This document shows, one piece after another, positions 25,106-37,270 of a stretch of DNA of 64,000 nt (positions within the stretch are counted from its first letter, which is position 1; each line of letters starts with the position of its first letter). Origin of the DNA: Callorhinchus milii (taxonomy: Eukaryota); NCBI RefSeq assembly GCF_018977255.1, contig NW_024704742.1, positions 125,366,001-125,430,000 on the forward strand, in the 5' to 3' direction. The position numbers and the translations under genes are program-made. Below the pieces are notes generated by a model that searched no databases, had not been told where the DNA came from, and saw nothing but the letters and a program-made list of their open reading frames with translations.

Positions 25106-25154
25106 CTGGCATTCCACCCATGCCGCCTCACTTGCTAAGTGGACTGGAGCCTGC
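25106..25154 (-). CDS. Candidate 49-nt exon containing a possible start codon (ATG at 25121; MGGMP, phase 1)
   Basis: Acceptor aatgttttggtag, Kozak-like GGCGGCATGG, donor CAG|gtatgt; phase fits 18923-18950. Confidence 0.3.
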
Positions 25155-25386
25155 CTACCAAAACATTGGGTTATTGTTGTAAATGAAAAAGCCCTTGGTA
25201 GACAAGTTGAGTGTGAAGTTGGTCTTGTAATGCCTTATTACCTTCTTATGATGTATACCACACAGTTCTTTTCTCACTTCCTTTTCATGCTACAGTAACA
25301 TTACAAAGCACACATTCAGGGTCATTGTGGCTCCAGTGTCTGTGACCCTGTGTGTGCATGTAAATGTATTTCATTGGAACTGCAAT

Positions 25387-25420
25387 GTGCATGTGTGTGA
25401 GTGTGTGTGTGTGTGTGTGG
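25387..25420. repeat. (TG)n microsatellite, imperfect
   Basis: Direct inspection. Confidence 0.9.
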
Positions 25421-26399
25421 TGGGTGTGTTGTGGGGAGTGGAGACAGTGTGATTATTATTAGAAGACTATTTTGTGAATAGTTTTAAACTAATAATTTGA
25501 GATATGTGAAGCCTGACAAAATTATAAAGTGATGTGTTCAGTGGTGTAAGGATGCATTTCTGCAAAGTTTTCTGCAGGGTGCTGGCGATTTATATTCAGG
25601 TGTAACTTTCTGTGACAGTTTAACTGGACAGATGCCGGTGTCTGATTACCTGGATATGTGCTGCTCTGCTATGATAAATTTCAAATTACCAAACATCTGC
25701 TTTCCATTGCACTACAGAAAGTTATCCCATCTGCACATTCATCTTTAGAATCCAGGTTTCTTCACATCATCGACTATAGTGAAGGTTGACTTTTGGCTAT
25801 TTTGTGACATTTTACTGCAGCCTTATTGCTTTTTAATCAAGTCCATTAAACTAAGCAGAAACAACAACTTGTATTTATATGATGCCCTATATGCGTGATA
25901 GCGTATCGGAGTGCTTAAAATGCATTGGGATGTCAAATGGATGGATGTTAAACAACAATAGTATGAATTTCTGTAACACAGTATTCTGTAAGGTAATGCC
26001 ACAACCTCTTTATAAGGCTGGGATTGGATGCAAAGTCGTTAACTATCATTGATCAGATCAGTGCCTCTTTTGGAAATTATTTATTCATAAAAGGATGTAT
26101 CTCAGAAGATTACAAGATTGGTTTGGATGAGATAATTGAGTAAAGAGTTACTAATCACAAAGTCTAGAGCTGAATTAGCAGGCCCTCTCTTTTTTTTGCA
26201 TCCTTACCTACCACAGAGGTTGGGTGAGGGAGGAGAAGAAAAGAGTGGCCTCCGGCCATTCAAAATGAAAAATATCACATGAGTAAAAATATATCCCCAA
26301 GATAGCCACTTAGAGGAGTATTGCAGTGGCTGATGATGGAATCGTAAAATAATGTGTTGAAGAGATATGGGAGAAGGTAGAGGGAGCCTTAATATAATA

Positions 26400-26785
26400 A
26401 GTCATCCTTGCATTTCATTTTGTGCCTTCCACATTGGGACTGTGAGTTTGGTAGTTAAATGTTTCAGCCAATATACACACAACATATCCCACAAACCACC
26501 ATGATGTGAGTAACCAATTTTAGTTTGGGGTATTGTTGGCTAGGACACTGGGACAAACGTCCTTCTCTTTTCCGTGCCATGGAAATGTTAGCATGCATAT
26601 GAACAGGAGGACAGCATTTTGGGCCATGTCTCATCTGAAAGATGGCTTATGCAACAAATGCAACATACCACCAGCACTGCACTACCATGTCATCCTAGAC
26701 ACTATTGAGTTGAAAGTCCCGACTCGGGGCTTGAACCTACAGCTATCTGACTCAGAGGTGAGAGTGCTATCAACTGAGCCAGGCG
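26400..26785 (-). mobile_element. Old DeuSINE
   Basis: cttgaacctacagctatctgactcagaggtgagagtgctatcaactgagccagg head (reverse complement) and Deu body. Confidence 0.8.
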
Positions 26786-29675
26786 AATACCTACATCTGA
26801 CTATGTCCATATATTGGAACTTATCCTCTGACCTCTTTCCCTTCTCCAGTACTGACACTGATGTGCACAGAACACTAGTAATAAAATAAGTACATGCAAA
26901 GGGAGTCCTTGATAATGTGATTTATTTCCTGGCATTGGTTTGATTCAGAAAGTGGCCCTGCATACACCTGATTGATATTTATTTGAACTACCTCATTGGT
27001 CATAAATTATTCAATGGAAAAGGAGATTTTGTTTTGTAAATTCATGCAAAATTAGATCAAGTGTCTTTGATACGAACCTCCTCAATCATCAAGTGTCACC
27101 ATAGGCACTTTATGAAGTGAGCAATGATATCCTAAAGTCACTTACATACAATCCAGTAGACTGACCCAACCAATTTACTATGACTGTTCTTTTCATACCT
27201 ATTTTCATTCCTCAATATTTTTCTGTTTCATTTTTTGAGTTCATCAAGATGAGAGATGTCAAAGGTATGGGGTGGAAAATATTTCCACCATTTGATGTAT
27301 GTATTTTCATCCTATCATTAAAGTAGTGTATAGCAAGGTAACTATTTTTGTGCTCAGCCAGCTCCAGAAACCCCACTTTACTGGTAAAATAAACAGTAAA
27401 GTTATATGAAAGATAAAAGCTTGGAGGTTATGGGGATAAAGTGGGGTAGTGGGAATGAATGAACACTTTGCTCTGAGAGCTGGTGCAGACTTGATGGGCT
27501 GAATGGCTTACTTTTGTGCAGTAAAAGTTTGTGATTCTATGGAAGTCGGACATTCAAGCACACAGCAGAGAAATGCTGCCCTGCATCTGGAATTATACGG
27601 TTAATGGCAGGTTTAATTTATGGATAAATGAGATGCTAATGATTGCAGATTTCGAGGAGCTCTTTTATTGTTTGAGGGTAGCCAGAGCCAGGTCAACAGA
27701 AGATGGAATCTCTTTAAGCAGGCTCTGATTAAAAGGTCCTTAACATTGCCTCTTTACCTCGAATGACGTTCAATGTCAGATTGTAATTATTTGTACAACA
27801 TTTAAGGATATACACTGTATTACTGTATGAATAACTTCACATTTCCCCACATTATATTCCATCTGCCACCTTCTTGCCCACTCACCTAGCCTGTCTATTT
27901 CCCTTTGCATTCTTCGTGTGTCATCCTTACTCTCCTACCTATTTTCGTATCGTCCGCAAATGTAGATATATTAAGTTCTATTTCTTCATCTACATCATTG
28001 ATATAGACTATAAATAATTGGGGCGCAAACACTGATCCTTGTAGCACTCCACTGGTCGCATCCTGCCAATCTGAAAAGGATCCGTTTATCCCTACTCTCT
28101 GTTTTCTTCCTGTTCGCCACTCTCCAATCCATGCTAATGTATTGCCTTTAATTCCATGGGCTCTAATCTTATGCAACAGCCTTTTATGTGGCACCTTGTC
28201 AAATGCCTTCTGGAAATCTAAATACATCACATCTACTGGTTTCCCCCCATCTAACCTGCTAGTTACATCCTCAAAAAACTATAAGATTTGTTAAACATGA
28301 TTTCCCTTTCATAAAGCCATGCTGACTCTGCCTAATCATGTTATGATTTTCTAAGTATCCCACAATGACGTCCCTAATTAAGGTCAATTGAATTTTCCCT
28401 ACCATCGATGTCAGACTAACTGGTCTATAATTCCCCATTTTTTGTCTCCCACCCTTTTTAAATATCGGCGTTACATTTGCGACCTTCCAATCACTGGGAA
28501 CAATTCCAGAATCCAGGGAATTTTGGAAGATCAAAAACAAAGCATTCACTATCTCTGCAGCCACCTCTTTTAAAACTCTAGGATACAGGCCATCAGGTCC
28601 AGGGGATTTATCAGTTATTAATCCTATCAATTTCTCTAGTACTATTGCTTTACTGATGTTCATTTCTTTAAGTTCCTCAATAAACTTAGCCTCCGGGTTA
28701 TCTCTATTTTTGGTAAGTTTTCAGTGAATGAGTAATGTTTACTCTCATATTCCATTTTCTCCCTCTTAATCAGTTTCTTGGTTTTCCTTTGCTGGTTTCC
28801 AAAGCCCTCTATACCCTCATGTTTACTGCTCTTTTTGGCAATATTATAGGCCTCCTCTTTTAATTGTATACTTTCCCTAACTTCTCTAGTTAGCCAAGGT
28901 TGAACCACTTTTCCTGTGGTATTTTATTTTTCAAGGGAATATGTGATCCCTGGGAAGTATGCATTATATCTTTAAACGTTTGCCATTGCTGGTCTACCAT
29001 CATATTTTTTAATCTAATTTTCCGGTCTATTTTAGCTAAATCTTCTCTTGTACCTGCAAAGTTGGCTTTATTTTGATTTAAGACCTTTGCTTCGGATTCA
29101 TTTATATCACTCTCTAATTTAATGCTAAATTCCATCATGTTATGGTCACTCTGCCCTAGAAGAGCCTTAACTTCCAGATTTCTGATTAGACCTATTTCAT
29201 TACACAAAACAAGATCTAGGATAGCCTGTTCCCTGGTTGGTTCCTCAGCATATTGTTCTAGAAAACTCTCTCTAATGTATTCTATAAACTCATCTTCTAA
29301 TTTACTTCTGTCAATTTGGTTTTCTCAGTCTATATGAAGATTGAAATCACCCACTATTAGTGTATGCTCCTTGCTACATGCTCCTCCAATTTCCTGATTA
29401 ACACCCTGCCCATACTGTAACTGCTGTTTGGGAGTCTATAAACTACTCCCACTACAACAACAACAACAAGATTGCATTTATAGTTTTTCTGCCCATTGTT
29501 GTTTATTATCTCCAACCATACTGAATCTACATCCCGATTTTCTGATTTAAAATCCTTCCTCTCTACTGTTTTTATCTTACCCTTTATTCGTGCATTCAGA
29601 TATAGCACCTTAATGTTGACCTCTTACTATTTCCCCTACTTGTTAATGCCTTTTTTCCTTTGTTGAGCTTTTACA

Positions 29676-29990
29676 GGAGTCCTGTAGCTCAGTGGTTAGA
29701 GCACTCGCTTTGCAAGTTAGAGACCTGAGTTCAATTCCAGGCTGGGCGAAACCTTGGGCAAGTTTCCTTACTCCACATGCCTGATAATAATCCTTCCAAA
29801 ACAATAATAAATTGGTTATTTTCAATCCATGACTGTTTGTGGGACATTACTGTGCGCAGTTGGCTGCCGTGTTCACCCACAAATATACAGTCAATTCACT
29901 TTACAGTATATTCTGTGAAGCGCTTTGGGACGTCTAGAAGACGTGAAAAGCGCTATATCAAATGCAAGGATTATTCTTCTTATTATTATT
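29676..29990 (+). mobile_element. Young tRNA-Ala SINE nested in CR1 near the ORF1-ORF2 junction
   Basis: Full head, body and tail. Confidence 0.93.
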
Positions 29991-30109
29991 TTGTCCCTTC
30001 TTGACACACTGTTCTTTATCTCCCAAGTCGCTACTCTGCTCTACAGCCTTGACTGTTCCTTGCAATGTCGGGCTACATTTAACTGTGGCTGTAACCCTCC
30101 CTCCTTCCC

Positions 30110-31061
30110 TTAATAGTTTTAAAGCTCTGCCTATCTCCCTATTTAATCGTTTTGCCAGAACATTGGTCCCAGCCCGGTTAAGGTAGAGCCCATCTCAATG
30201 GAACAGCTCCCTTTTCCCCTAATACTTGTGCCAGTGGCCCATAAAATGAAACCCCTGCCTCCCGCACCATTCTTTCAGCCATGTGTTTAACTCTTTAATT
30301 TGTTTGTCCTTGAACCAATTTGCGTGTGGCTCAGGTAGTAATCCGGTAATAATCACCTTGGAAGTTCTTCCTTTTAATTTCATTCCCAGTTCATTGAACT
30401 CACTTCTCAGGTCGTTACTACTAGTCCTACCTAAATTGTTGGTGCCTATGTGGATCACCACAATTGGATCATCCCCTTCCTGCTTCAAATTCTTCTCCAG
30501 CCCTGAAGAGATGTCCTTAACCCTGGTGCCAGGAAGGCAACAGAGCCTTCGTGACTCCTGGTTGTGGCTGCAGAGAAGAGTGTCTCTCCACCCGACTGTC
30601 TCGTCTCCTATCACAGCTACATTCCGTTTTACTCCCCCCATTTGAGTGGCCTCCTGTATAGAAGTCCTGGGGTCAGTTTGCCCATCCTCCTCCTTACAGA
30701 CTTCCTCGTCTACACAGGTTGCAAGTACCTCATACCTGTTGGACAAGGTTAAGGCCTGAGGCTTCTCCACCACTCTCTCTGGGGTCCCCTTACCTGCCTG
30801 ATTTTCAGTCACACTGTCCTGTCCCTGACTAGTAGCAGGATCTATACACTGACTGAGCCTCAGGGGAGTGTTTGTCTCCAGGATGAAACTATCCTGGAAG
30901 CTCTCACCCTCCCTAATGCTGCGCAATGTCTGCACCTCGGATTCCAGCTCAGCTACTCTAAGCTGGAGCTTTCTCAGTTGCAGACATTTGCTGCAGATGT
31001 AGTCGCCCGGGCTCAGGCTTTCCTCCATCAACTCCCATGTACTGCAGTCATCGCACAACAT
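30110..31061 (-). pseudogene. CR1 ORF1 (CxxC...CxxC Zn-finger, coiled coil, SGNH/GDSL-like esterase), inactivated
   Basis: 280-aa open stretch CDDC...ICSKCLQL, VIGDET, VIHIGTNN; stops at 30219-30221 and 30195-30197 precede DGLYLNRAG. Confidence 0.88.
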
Positions 31062-31149
31062 CTGTCATGCCAATCTCTCCTCTCTCTTTCACTCCGGATT
31101 ATGGTTTTTATTTAAGTTTTTTTTAGTTTTTTTTCTGGTTCTGTCTTTT

Positions 31150-31245
31150 GAGTGTGACGTCACGTTGATGTCACTTGTCGTTTTTCTGCCGATGCTCCAC
31201 TCCGCCTTCCGAATCAGCGACTGCTTACCTCGACTCGGCTTTATA
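31150..31245 (-). promoter_or_regulatory. Putative CR1 5' UTR promoter region (CRE palindrome, CpG-rich, TATA-like)
   Basis: GTGACGTCAC at 31154-31163, tgatgtcac repeat, about 9 CpGs in 90 bp, TATAAAG at 31245-31239. Confidence 0.35.
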
Positions 31246-31261
31246 CACTCTGCTAGGCCTT

Positions 31262-31697
31262 GGCTCCTCCATCACACAGAGGATACAGTTCAAGATCCTG
31301 GTCCTCACCTTCAAAGCGCTCCATGACCTTGCTCCCCCCTACCTCTGCGACCTCCTAACACCTTACCATCCTGCCCGCTCCCTCTGTTAAGTGGGTTCTG
31401 GCCCTCTTCACGTCCCCTACCTCACCCACCCTCACCATTGGCAGGTGGGCCTTCTGCCACTCTGCCCTCACCCTCTGGAACTCCATCCCATAGTTCCTCC
31501 GCCTCACCCCCTGCCTTGCCTCTTTGAAGACCCATCTCAGACCCTCCGCTTTGACTGTGCTTTCGATCACCCTGCTTCCCCCACTGCCCTCCCCAATCCC
31601 AACCCCCAGTTCGGGTCTGAAATACCAACTCTCCAGTGCCTTGGGATGTCTTCCCGACGTGAAAGGTGCTATACAAATGTAATTTTTTTGTTGTTGG
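31262..31697 (+). mobile_element. L2 3' fragment (subfamily A)
   Basis: QRIQFKILVLTFKALHDLAPPYL; tail gccttgggatgtcttcccgacgtgaaagg. Confidence 0.92.
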
Positions 31698-31940
31698 TGA
31701 TATAGTGCCTTTCACATTTGGAGGTTGTCTTAAAAGTGTATAATAGGATTCACTGTGAAGTCTAGTGACTATGTATTTTTGTAGGTAAACTTGGCAGCCA
31801 ATTTTGCACAGCAATGTCCCACAAAAAGTCAGGAAGTGAATGACTAATTTTATTTGGGGGATTGTTGGCCAAATCACTGGGAGAAACTCCCTTCTTTTTC
31901 TGAATAACAACATGGATCTTTAACATCCAACTGAACAGGA
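31698..31940 (-). mobile_element. Old DeuSINE, 3' part
   Basis: ggcagccaattttgcacagcaatgtcccac...ggagaaactccc...ggatctttaacatcc. Confidence 0.8.
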
Positions 31941-33229
31941 CAGTAGATTGAGAAGCTATAATGTAACTGTAAGGATCACAAACTTGTGTTTTAGTGGATT
32001 ATGAAATCATCGGAACCCTTTTACAGATCATACATACTTCACATTTTTTGGGGTTAATTATCCCTAATCCTAGAAACATACTTTATTTTTGGGACCATTT
32101 TATTTGAGGGCAATATTCTCCAAATCTGGCGAGCAACTATTATACGTAAAGCAACACAGAATAAAACCCAGAACTGAACATAGTTCTTTAGGTGAGAGAG
32201 ACCTTTAATCACTGAGTGGCAACTAAAAGCAAATTATGAGGGATGGCAACTGAGAAATACCATGATTGATCAATTGAAAAAGTACTTAATTGACTGCATG
32301 TATTACTATATACTACTCATTGGCTTAAATAATGAGTTAAAAACAAGATTAGAATCATTCTAATTGCAAAAGGTAAGAACACAAGAATTTGCTAAGCAAA
32401 AGAAGAGCAAGGTCCATCCAATTTTCCTTGCACTATCCTGGCAATCGTGTGTACAGACCATGTCCTAAACTATATATTGCATCTTGAGATATGTTTCCTA
32501 ACAGAATTCTATCTAATTTGTTCTTGAAAGAACAACACTTTCTGCTCCACTGCTTCCATAGGGAGCCTGTTCCATATGTCTACTACTCATTCAATGAAGT
32601 GGTGTTTTCACAGATTTGTTCTGAATTTACCCGCCTTCAATCGGAGTACGTGTCCTCAGCTTCTACTGTTCAGTACACGATACAACAGCTTATCATGATC
32701 AAAATAAGCATTTATTTACAAGAGTTTGTGTATTATAACTTATTATTTACTACTTTATCCGTGGATAGCACACTTGATTGCACTTTATCTTTGCCCGAGG
32801 ACACCGGAGGTGCTGTCTGTACTGAACTTGGCTCTGCTGTAATAGTTACAATGTGGAGTGAAAAGTGGTCAAATCTTTTTACTTTGGAACTGGTTTGACC
32901 ACTATTTTTGGCAATTTAGTAATTATCTTGGCTTGCATTTTTCACCTCCGTGTTTGAGCAGCACTGAATGGTGGAGTTATAACCTGGCTCGACTTTGTAC
33001 ATGGGTGTTGACAATCATTTGCCACACTCAGAGACAACATTTTACCTAAGTTAAATGAATGTGCTACCTAATAATTAGTTCCACTCTTGTCCTTGGTTCT
33101 CTGGTGTACTAAATCTATATTGAAAAATACAACTTGGTATAAACAACATTTGATGTCATAACTGTCATTAGAAATAAAGTGCTAAATTAGCCTACACATT
33201 GTTGACAGCCTCATCACACAGAAGAAATT

Positions 33230-33600
33230 GCATTGTATCATATCTTATGGCAAGTGCTAAAGGCACATTATGTATAATAATAACCATGTGTTTTTTGTAG
33301 GCATTCCTTACAACCATTTGCAGCAGCCAGGTCCCTCAATGTGAATGACCAATTAATTTTAGGTTTTTGGTTAAGACACTAGGAGAAACTCCTTTCTCTT
33401 TTCTAATAGTGTCACTGAGACTTTTAATGGTCAACCAAAACAGGCAGTTGGGACATTGGTTTAATGTTTCATTTCAAAGGCATCATCTCCATTTTGCTGT
33501 CCTCCCCTATTTCTTCCTTAGAGTGTCAGCTTAAATTCTGAGATCAAGTCTCAACGTGGGTCAGTCTTCTGAATGAGAAGCAATTGTGCCACCAATCACT
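33230..33600 (-). mobile_element. Old DeuSINE, highly diverged
   Basis: ggagaaactcc...tagtgtcac...ggtttaatg...gagtgtcagc. Confidence 0.65.
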
Positions 33601-34011
33601 AATTGTGAGGTCTGTCTGCTTGAGAAGGGGATCCAATGTAATCAAATTAATGTTGCCTCCTTCCAATCAAGGTGAAGTTTGTGAGTGTTCTGCTGAGAAC
33701 CGATGAAACTCAAAGGGTTTTCACAATAACAATTAGCATTTATATAGCGCTTTTCACACTGGGCAGCAGTTCGGCTCAGAGAACTCAATCCAATTATCTT
33801 TTAAAACATTTTTTATGAACTCTGTTTCAACTATAGTTTGCAGCAGAGAATTCTATGTCCAATCCATGCTTGGCATAAAGATATATTTTTTCTAACCTCC
33901 TTTCAATTTCTTTGCATCTTGTACCCCAAAGCATTCCACTCCATACATAAGTGGAACTCCAGTAATTTGGTGTGAATGCTCTCAAACATGGTGATTGGTT
34001 TCCATGTGGGT

Positions 34012-35305
34012 CAACAACAACAACAACAACTGGGATTTATATAGCGCCCTCCATGCCAGACTACGTCTCAGAGCGCTTCACAATAACGGATCCTGGGGCC
34101 GAGCCGGGGGATAGGGAGGAAGGTGTCCAAAGGCGCGGTCGAAGAGAAAGGTCTTCAGCAGGGACCTGAAAATAGGAAGAGAGGGAGCGAGGCAAAGGGA
34201 GTGAGGAAGGGAATTCCAGAGCCTCGGGGCATAGTGGCTGAAGACATGGCCATCGAGGGTGGAGCGGAGGACTCGGGGGACGAGGAGGAGGCCAGACTGG
34301 AGGAACAAAGGCAAGGGGTACTGTTTTGAGGAGAGAGGAGGTCAGAGAGGTAGGGGGTGCAGAGGAGTGGAGAGATTTGAATACAAGGGTGAGGATCTTG
34401 AAGTCGATCCTCTCTGGGACAGGCAGCCAGTGCAGTCTGACAAGGACTGATGATCAGGGAGCGGAGTTTGGTGCGGGTGAGAATGCGGGCAGTAGAGTTT
34501 TGAATGATCTGGATTTTATGGATGGTAGTGGTTGGGAGACCGGCGAGGAAGGCGTTAGAGTAGTCCAGCCGAGAGGTGACAAGGGCATGGACTAGGGTTT
34601 CGCGGCTTTCGGAGAGAGGTATTGACGGAGACAGGCGATGCATTGGAGGTGGAAGAAGGCGGTGCTGGTGAGGGACCAGATGTGGGGGAGGAAGGATAAT
34701 TGGGGGTCGAACCTGACGCCAAGGTTGCATACGGATTCGCAGAGTTTCAGGGGCAGGTCGGGGAGGTGGAGGAGGTGAGAGCCATGAGATTTTAAACGTT
34801 GACGAGAGCCAAAGAGTATGGCTTCCGTCTTGTCAACGTTCAGCTGAAGGAAATTTGCACTCATCCAGCCCCTGAGATCTGACAGGCAGGCTGACAGAAC
34901 ATCGGGGGACGGGGGGTCGTAAAGAGAGGTGGGAAAATAGAGTTGGGTGTTATTCGCACACATGTCTGCGGATGACATCCCCAAGAGGGAGCATATAGAT
35001 CAGAAAGAGGAGGGGGCCAAGGATGGATTTTTGGGGTACACCGCAGGTAACCGGGTGAGAGCGGGAGGAGAAGCCATTTGTACAAATGTACTGCTGGCAG
35101 TTTGTGAGATAGGACTCGAACCAAGTGAGTGTGGTCCCACTGAGGTGGATGACGGAGAAAAGGCGGTGGAGGAGGATGGCACAATCGACTGTGTTGAACG
35201 CCATGGAGAGGTCCAGGAGGACAAGGAGGCAGAGGGAGCCCTGGTCACAGATAGAGAGGATGTCGTTTGTGACTTTCCCAAGCGCAGTCTCTGTACTGTG
35301 GGTCA
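34012..35305 (-). mobile_element. L2 LINE (subfamily B), RT to 3' tail, decayed
   Basis: AFNTVD, CGVPQKSILGPLLFLIYMLPLG, NFLQLNVDKTE, VTSRLDYSNAFLAGLP motifs in shifting frames. Confidence 0.95.
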
Positions 35306-36889
35306 GACACCTGAATTACCAAAAAAAATTCTTCTGTTAATCTTGAACTTGCTGACTCGCCTGCTGTTGGAAAACGTAAAGCTGTGGATTTTACAAAACA
35401 GTGTGACTTTTTTTCTGTCAACTAGTTATACTTTTAAATTACGAAAAACAGGCGCACTTGTAAGTAACTTCAAACACAGGTGGTGTGGGGACACTTGCTA
35501 TTTCATAAAACTATCCTAAAACTGACAGGTAGATTTCAGAAAAGTGAATCGAGGTTTTCATCTTCCAGTGCTTCAGATGTCAAAAGTTGAAAGTCTGGCT
35601 AAAGATACAATTCAAGAGAATTCAAACAAATCAGAGTTCATAACAATAATTCATTACAATTTCAAATAAAGTATAATGAAAAGAACAAATAAGTCAATAG
35701 ATAATTGGTCGGGGAAAAATTCTGTCTTAAAGAGTGCTGTCTTCATAGAACACTAAAGTGTTTCTTAAAAGATTCCAGCGTTGGAAAATATGGTGTTTCC
35801 TCAATAGTTGGTAATTATCACATCATATCTGTTAAAAAACACTTCATTTTTTTTATCCCTGGATGTGCTATCACATCAGATCTATTACGAAATATCGCAC
35901 TTTTCACCCACTGTTTTTGCAAACCTCCATTATAAACTTTTGATTAATCGCAGCACTTCTGTGTGGATTAACATTATATGTGGTGCTTTGGCCTCTTCTG
36001 GTGTTTGAAAGAAAATGAGGTTTGCCAAACGTTTTGTCAATGAAGACAGTGGCCCTTTTGTTATGTTATGGTTTCATCCAGTCATCTGGTGCAACCTGAA
36101 GTTCACCAGTGCAGCTGAAAGAAGCTCACTGACAATTTGGGTGGTATCAGGTGTCAATTCTGAATGCTGTGAATAATTGTAAACTGAGGAACCATTTGCA
36201 CAACAGCTGATGATGGTGTCTTTTGACCACCACCATCACAGACAGCAGTCCCCAGTCATTAATGAAAGAGATGACTATATCGGAGCAACACATTGAGCCA
36301 CCTTGCTGTGTACTCAGCACTAAATTATTCTTATCCAATAAGTGCTGACATGTGTGGGTACTTCAGTGTGCTTCTTTATTTCACCATGTATCAAATGCTT
36401 GCCATTTACGAGCAAGTTGCCTCTTTCTCTATATAAATCTTTAGTTTGCTTCAGAGAATTTGGCTTTGTGAAAGGCATTGCAATGCACTGCACTACAGCA
36501 GAACACTGCCACATAATAATAATAATCCTTACACTTGATATAGCGAGATATCTTCGAGGCGTCTCAAAGCGTTTTACAGAACATACTGTAAAGTAAGTTG
36601 ACTGTATGTTTTGTGGGTGAAGCATGGCAGCCAATTGCGCACAGCAGTGTCCCACAAACAGTCATCCAGTCTGCATATAGCTGCATTGAGAAAAAACATG
36701 ATTTTAGAAGGAAACTGATTGAAAATTAAACACGATCCACTGTAATTATGGATGTTCATTACAGCAACAACAAAGTTACATTTTTATAATGCCTTTCACG
36801 TCAGGGGGACACCCCAAGGCGCTGGAATTACTGGGCAGTACTGTGAGAACTCCATTGGTTTAGGTTAAAAAGGTATATTATTGTATGTC

Positions 36890-37270
36890 AGACCAGCTCA
36901 GTTAGGAACACACCCTCCACTGAGTGATACAGTCTCAGAACTTTGAACCCATATCGTCTGGCCTGACACTCCAATGCATTGTTTGGTGCTGCAGTTCCCT
37001 CTTCCTGTTCAGTTGGACCTTAAAGGTCTTGTGGCACTATTTGTAAAGAGAAGGAAGTTTCTCACTTTGTCAGGGCCAACAATCCCTCAAATAAAATTGG
37101 TAGTTCAATTCATAGCTGTTTGTGAGACATTGCCGTGTGCAAATTTGCCTTCATGTTCATCTACAAAATACACGGTCACTGCACCATACAGTAAATTCTG
37201 TGAAGCATTTTGAGACATTGTGAAGTCTTGATAAGGCACTATATCAAATGCAAGGATTATTATTATAATC
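36890..37270 (+). mobile_element. Old DeuSINE, diverged
   Basis: gctcagttagg head; ttaaaggtcttgtggcactattt; caaatgcaaggattatt tail. Confidence 0.75.

Larger units (their letters stand above)
27833..31250 (-). mobile_element. CR1 LINE with 5' UTR, ORF1 and decayed ORF2 (endonuclease plus RT), 3'-truncated
   Basis: ORF2 motifs LYLNAR, GVVYRLPNS, LGQSDHNMMEF, KSPGPDG, GNYRPVSLTS, YLDFQKAFDKVPH, FADDTK broken by frameshifts, deletions and insertions. Confidence 0.95.

Noticed and set aside
25100..25183. Plus-strand peptide IPGIPPMPPHLLSGLEPAYQNIG
   Set aside because: No good donor and no other supporting plus-strand exons; it overlaps the better minus-strand candidate.
30219..31061. 280-aa ORF as a domesticated or host gene
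   Set aside because: It is CR1 ORF1 in its normal element context, with altered catalytic motifs and premature stops before the final SGNH block.
34155..35519. Several 100-190-aa ORFs on both strands
   Set aside because: Alternate frames and antisense of a GC-rich decayed L2 RT.
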